Shown piece after piece: positions 59,533 to 64,000 of a stretch of DNA of 64,000 nt. The notes under the pieces were generated by a model, which was not told the DNA's origin, searched no databases, and saw nothing but the letters and a program-made list of their open reading frames with translations. The position numbers were made by a program, and so were the translations under genes. This DNA is from Thermoproteota archaeon. Lineage in GTDB: Archaea > Korarchaeota > Korarchaeia > Korarchaeales > Korarchaeaceae. How positions within the stretch are numbered: the first letter of the stretch is position 1; every line of letters starts with the position of its first letter. The stretch covers positions 1 through 64,000 of the forward strand of contig JAOZFH010000026.1 of assembly GCA_027491415.1 (NCBI GenBank), written 5' to 3'.

Positions 59533-60954
59533 ATGGAGCTGGATAGCCTGCTCTCTCTGGTTGATAGAGCTCAGGAGATGGCCAGAAGATATGACGCGAC
59601 GTACTTCGAGGTGAGGGCCCAGCTAGACGTGTCCGATGGGCTGTTCATGCGGAACGGAGTCGTTGAGGCTTTTTCGCTGGACTCGACCTCGGGCATCTCG
59701 GTCAGGATGCTCGTAAACGGCGGGCTTGGCTTTGCGTCAACGAACAGACCCGACTCCCTGAGTTCCATGATCGAAGAGGCGTACAAGAACGCCCTAGCCG
59801 CCTCCAAGGTCGGAAAGAAGGTGGCTCTCTCGAGGGAGAGCTTTGGGAGGGCGGAGTTCTCCTCGCCCTACAGGGCAGACCCCATGGAGGTGCCGGTAGA
59901 CGAGAAAGTGGAGTACATGAAGTCGATAGACTCCCCGGCCGCCGAGAGGGGGATAGCCGCCCGGGTGCTGTGGCTGCTATCCTCCAGGTCGGTGGTCCAC
60001 TTCGTGAACAGCGAGGGGGCCGAGGTCAAGGGGGACGTGAGGCGGGTGACCCTGATGGTCAGGCTCACCCACATCTCCGGGGCCGGGGCCACGCAGGAGT
60101 TCACCCAGCCGGGGGGGAGCGGCGGATGGGAGATCGTCGACGGCTGGCGCCTGGACGAGAAGGTCGCGTACCTGTCGGACTCCATGAAGGAGAGGCTGGA
60201 GAAGGGCGTCCCAGCCCCGAGGGGCGTTAAGGTGGACGTGATAGTTGGGCCCCAGGTCGCCGGCCTGATAGCGCACGAGTCCACCGGCCACCCGTACGAG
60301 GCCGATCGGATACTGGGGAGAGAGGCCGCCCAGGCCGGGGAGTCCTTCGTGAAGCCCTACATGCTGGGGCAGCGGATCGGATCCCCCGCGGTGACCGTGA
60401 TAGACGACCCGACTATACCGGGCAGCTACGGATTCTACCTCTACGACCACGAGGGAGTCAGGGCCAGGCCGAGGGCCCTGATGAGGGAGGGCCTGATAAA
60501 CGAGTTCCTCCACAACAGGGAGACCGCGGCCGAGATGGGCGTCAGCAGCAACGCCGCCGCTAGGGCCAACAGGTTCGACAGGGAGCCCATCGTGAGGATG
60601 GCAAACACGTACATAGCGCCCGGCGACGTGTCCGTGGAGGAACTCATCGAGGGCGTCTCCGAGGGGGTCTACCTGAAGAGGTTCATGGAGTGGAACATAG
60701 ACGACCGCAGGTACAACCAGAGGTACGTCGGCTCGGAAGCTTACGCGATAAGGGGCGGGCGGCTCGCCGAGCCCGTTCTGAACCCCGTGCTGGAGGTCAC
60801 CACCCCTGCGTTCTACTCGTCGGTGGACGCCGTCGCCAAGGACCTAGAGTTCGAGGCGGCCACTTGCGGCAAGGGGGACCCGGGTCAGGGGGTTCCCGTG
60901 TGGACGGGCGGACCCAGCGTCAGGCTCAGGGGCGTCGGTCTGGGAGGTACTTGA
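59533..60954 (+). CDS. tldD: TldD metalloprotease
   Basis: HESTGH, RMANT, CGKG. Confidence 0.92.
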   Translation: MELDSLLSLVDRAQEMARRYDATYFEVRAQLDVSDGLFMRNGVVEAFSLDSTSGISVRMLVNGGLGFASTNRPDSLSSMIEEAYKNALAASKVGKKVALSRESFGRAEFSSPYRADPMEVPVDEKVEYMKSIDSPAAERGIAARVLWLLSSRSVVHFVNSEGAEVKGDVRRVTLMVRLTHISGAGATQEFTQPGGSGGWEIVDGWRLDEKVAYLSDSMKERLEKGVPAPRGVKVDVIVGPQVAGLIAHESTGHPYEADRILGREAAQAGESFVKPYMLGQRIGSPAVTVIDDPTIPGSYGFYLYDHEGVRARPRALMREGLINEFLHNRETAAEMGVSSNAAARANRFDREPIVRMANTYIAPGDVSVEELIEGVSEGVYLKRFMEWNIDDRRYNQRYVGSEAYAIRGGRLAEPVLNPVLEVTTPAFYSSVDAVAKDLEFEAATCGKGDPGQGVPVWTGGPSVRLRGVGLGGT

Positions 60955-60955
60955 G

Positions 60956-62308
60956 ATGTTCCACGAGGAGAGCATCCGGCTGGCCGAGCGAATCCTCCAG
61001 CTCGCTCAGGCCAGGGGAGCCGAGGATGTGGCCGTGCACGTGGTGTCGAACAGGGCTAGGCAGGTGAGGTTCTCCAACAGCTCGGTCGACGTGGTGAAGA
61101 CCTGGATCGAGACGCTCGTGGAGGTGCAGATCGCCCTCGACAGGAGGGTGGCCGTGGTCTCCACGACCTCCCCACCGGAGGAGAGGTCCCTGGAGGGCTT
61201 CGTCGAGCGGGCGTTTGAGCGGCTGAAGAGGGTGCCGGCTAGGGACGTCTATGTCCCACTTCCGGAGGGGCCGTTCGACTACCCAGTGATTCAGGGCACC
61301 TACGACCCTCGCCTAGAGGAGGCTCAGGAGGAGCTGGTGGACGCGGCCAAGGAGGGGATCGACTCAGGACTGGCGGAGGGCGCCGAGAGGGTGGCGGGAG
61401 TGGTCAGGTCCTACGCGGGCCACGAGTGCCTCCTCACCTCCGGGGGGGCGGAGGTCTGCGAGCGCTTCAGCAGGGTAAACATGGAGGTCAGGGCCCTGGT
61501 GGACGATGAGGCCACCGGACACGGGGTCACCTGCTCCAGGTCACTGGACGGGCTCGACCCGCGGAGGGCCGGGTCAGAGGCGGGTAGAGATGCCGTCCTG
61601 GCCAGCAAGGTGGTCGACCTCCCGGCCGGGAGGCACAACGCCGCCTTCTGGTGGAGCGCCATGACCACCCTCTTGGGAGTGTTCGGCTCCATGGCGTCTG
61701 GCCTCCGGGCCCTGATGCAGATGACCCCCTACGTCGACAAGCTGGGCCAGAGGGTAGGGACCGAGCTGGTGACCATCGTCGACGACCCCTTGATCGACGG
61801 CGGGTACGCCTCACGGTCGTTCGACCTGGAGGGCCTGCCCACGAGGAGGAACGTGATCATCGAGGGCGGGGTCCTGAAGACCCTGCTCCACAACAGGCTC
61901 ACAGCAGCCCACTTCAGGGTCAGATCCACAGCAAACGCGGGCTGGGTGTTCCCCAGACCCTGGTTCCTCACAATGTCACCCGGAGACAGAACCGAGGAGG
62001 AGATCCTCGAAGACCTGGGCAGGGGAGTCGTCGTGAGGAACGCCACCTACCTCAGGTTCCAGAACTACAGGACCGGGGACTTCTCGGCGGTGATAAGGGA
62101 TGGGGTCTTCCTCGTCGAGGGCGGCGAGATAAAGGGGGAGGTCAGGGGACTCAGGCTCAGCGAGAACGTCCTCCACCTGCTGTCCAACGTGTACGCTGTC
62201 GGCAGGGAGACCAGACAGATGACCCACTGGTGGGCGGAGTTCGGGCCGCCCGTCGTGACGCCGGTGATCGCGGTCAGGGACGTGGCGTTCACGGCCGCTA
62301 CCGCCTGA
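60956..62308 (+). CDS. tldE: TldE/PmbA partner subunit
   Basis: FDLEG, STANAG, TGDFS; no HExxH; follows tldD. Confidence 0.88.
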   Translation: MFHEESIRLAERILQLAQARGAEDVAVHVVSNRARQVRFSNSSVDVVKTWIETLVEVQIALDRRVAVVSTTSPPEERSLEGFVERAFERLKRVPARDVYVPLPEGPFDYPVIQGTYDPRLEEAQEELVDAAKEGIDSGLAEGAERVAGVVRSYAGHECLLTSGGAEVCERFSRVNMEVRALVDDEATGHGVTCSRSLDGLDPRRAGSEAGRDAVLASKVVDLPAGRHNAAFWWSAMTTLLGVFGSMASGLRALMQMTPYVDKLGQRVGTELVTIVDDPLIDGGYASRSFDLEGLPTRRNVIIEGGVLKTLLHNRLTAAHFRVRSTANAGWVFPRPWFLTMSPGDRTEEEILEDLGRGVVVRNATYLRFQNYRTGDFSAVIRDGVFLVEGGEIKGEVRGLRLSENVLHLLSNVYAVGRETRQMTHWWAEFGPPVVTPVIAVRDVAFTAATA

Positions 62309-63689
62309 GCCTCAGGGGCTGCGTTAGCCTAGCGTACCTCCATAGGGCGGCCAGCGCGGAGGCCGCTCTCTCGGGGGATGGAAACACAGGCACGCCCTCC
62401 GCCTCCAGCCTGGAGTTCTCCCTGGCCACCTCCGGCGTGACATCCAGCGACACGACGACTATGGGCTTGCCGTAGTCCCTCAGCACTTGGAGGATGTAGT
62501 CGGTCGTCCTCCTCGGCTCCATGAGCGGCACCGAGTAGAGCGCCATCACTATCAGCGCGTCGATCACGTCAGATCTGGCCATCTCCACCATACCGGCGAG
62601 GTACTGCTCGGGCGTCGAGCTTCCGGTCAGGTCTAGGGGGTTTCCCACGGGGTAGAATGGCGGGAGCCTCTCCCTGAGCCTCTCTGCGGTGGCCTTGTCC
62701 AGTTCAGGGACCTCCATTCCGCGCTCCTCCAGCGCGTCGACGGCTATGACCCCGTATCCTCCCCCGTTCGTGATTATTCCGACCCTTGGCCCCCTGGGCG
62801 TGGGCAGCCTGGCCAGGGCCCGCGAGGCGTCCAAGAACTCCTCCGTCGAGTAAGTCCTGACGACGCCGCACTGCTTGAAAGCCGCCTCGTACGCCGCGTC
62901 GGATCCGGCCAGGGATCCCGTGTGACTCCTGACCGCACTCGCCCCCCTCTGGCTCCTGCCCGCCTTGAACACCACCACGGGCTTCGAGGGGGTCACCTCC
63001 CGCGCCGCCTCCATGAACCCCCTCCCGTCCCTGAGGCCCTCAACGTAGATCGCTATCACCCTAGTCTCCGGATCCTCGGCGAAGTAGCGGAGCAGGTCGG
63101 CCTCGTCCACGTCGGCCCTGTTGCCGTAGCTCACGAAGGCGCTTATCCCCCTCCCCTCCATGGCCAGCCACGTCAGGATTGCGCCGCCGAAGCTCCCGCT
63201 CTGGGTGAGTATCGCAACGTCCCCTGGGCCTGGCCTCGGAAGCCTGTCGGAAGGGGTGAAGAGGGTGTCGAGCCCGACGCTGGGCCTGTATATCCCCATG
63301 CAGTTCGGGCCGATCAGCCTGACCCCGCTCCTCCTGGCCGCCTCCCTCAGCTCGCGCTCTAGCTCCTCGTTCCCGACCTCCGAGAATCCCCCCGAGATCA
63401 CTATGGCGGCTTTGACCCCCCTCCTCCCGCAGTCTTCCACGACCCTCGGGGTAACCGGGGCCGGCACCACGACCACTGCCAGGTCGACGGGCTCGGGCAG
63501 GTCGGCGACGCTGGGATAGCACCTGACGCCGAGTATCTCCTCCGCCTTGGGGTTGACCGGGTAGACCCGGCCCCTGAAGCCCTCGAGCAGCTGCCTCAGG
63601 ACCACGTGACCGAGCTTCTCAGGACTCCGAGACGCCCCGACCACCGCTATCGACTCCGGCTCGAAGAAGGCGGCGAGCTCCCTGGCCAT
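62298..63689 (-). CDS. acdA: ADP-forming acetate/acyl-CoA ligase alpha subunit
   Basis: IAVVGAS, GPNCMG, QSG, SHTGSLAG (phospho-His), NPLDLTG; start at ATG 63689. Confidence 0.92.
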   Translation of the reverse strand: MARELAAFFEPESIAVVGASRSPEKLGHVVLRQLLEGFRGRVYPVNPKAEEILGVRCYPSVADLPEPVDLAVVVVPAPVTPRVVEDCGRRGVKAAIVISGGFSEVGNEELERELREAARRSGVRLIGPNCMGIYRPSVGLDTLFTPSDRLPRPGPGDVAILTQSGSFGGAILTWLAMEGRGISAFVSYGNRADVDEADLLRYFAEDPETRVIAIYVEGLRDGRGFMEAAREVTPSKPVVVFKAGRSQRGASAVRSHTGSLAGSDAAYEAAFKQCGVVRTYSTEEFLDASRALARLPTPRGPRVGIITNGGGYGVIAVDALEERGMEVPELDKATAERLRERLPPFYPVGNPLDLTGSSTPEQYLAGMVEMARSDVIDALIVMALYSVPLMEPRRTTDYILQVLRDYGKPIVVVSLDVTPEVARENSRLEAEGVPVFPSPERAASALAALWRYARLTQPLRLRR

Positions 63690-63753
63690 CCACCGCACCG
63701 AGCTGACGGACCACTCCCTCACCTTAAAAGGCAGGTCAGGGGAGTCATGCCGA

Positions 63754-64000
63754 ATGGCCGAAGAGGCCCGCTTCATGGACATAGTTGAGGCCTTCTTGAG
63801 CGCGAGGGGCGACATCGAGAGGGCCCTGGGGGTCGGCCCCAGGTTCGAAGAGCTATCCGCCGCGTGGCTTCCCGTAAGGACGGATCTGAGCCCGAGGGAC
63901 GCTCTGGAGAGGATGGGCTCCATAGCGGGGATAGACGGCGGAAGCCACCTCGTGGAGGTGAACCTGGGCCAGAGCCTCTTCGCCGTGAGTTCCACCTCCG
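63754..64000 (+). CDS. NurA-family nuclease, 3' end outside window
   Basis: Manual translation MAEEARF...IAGIDGGSHLVEV; frame open to the window end. Confidence 0.6.
   Translation, partial: MAEEARFMDIVEAFLSARGDIERALGVGPRFEELSAAWLPVRTDLSPRDALERMGSIAGIDGGSHLVEVNLGQSLFAVSSTS

Noticed and set aside
59533-62308. TldD/E as maturation protease for the Cys-rich precursor
   Set aside because: More than 50 kb away and widespread in archaea; no linkage evidence

Overview
Gene-dense, GC-rich archaeal chromosome segment. An archaeal histone, rps25e, TFS, csl4, rpoL, AglB, tetraether synthase and BpsA point to a (hyper)thermophilic TACK-type archaeon; a Korarchaeota-like lineage is plausible, but that is inference. 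Most of the window is housekeeping: EF-2, ThrRS, Cdc48, pyk, mvk, ino1, tldDE, ADP-forming acyl-CoA ligase subunits, tRNA-Asn(GTT) and tRNA-Arg(TCG). The first ~7 kb is accessory. It holds a secreted precursor with an 18-Cys C-terminal domain (halocin C8-like architecture) behind an AT-rich promoter flanked by an inverted repeat, two paralogous membrane genes (one frameshifted), and a large Cys-rich secreted protein split by a homopolymer frameshift. Other leads: an arginine-synthetase (ArcE)-like gene coupled to a creatininase and pyk, a catalytically dead AdoMetDC coupled to BpsA, a BacA-like/DedA fusion, a PspA plus membrane winged-helix pair, a Cys-less TusA, and a ~600 bp AT-rich intergenic region beside the histone gene. 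No CRISPR array, rRNA or transposase was seen. All family calls come from motif recognition by eye, not database searches.
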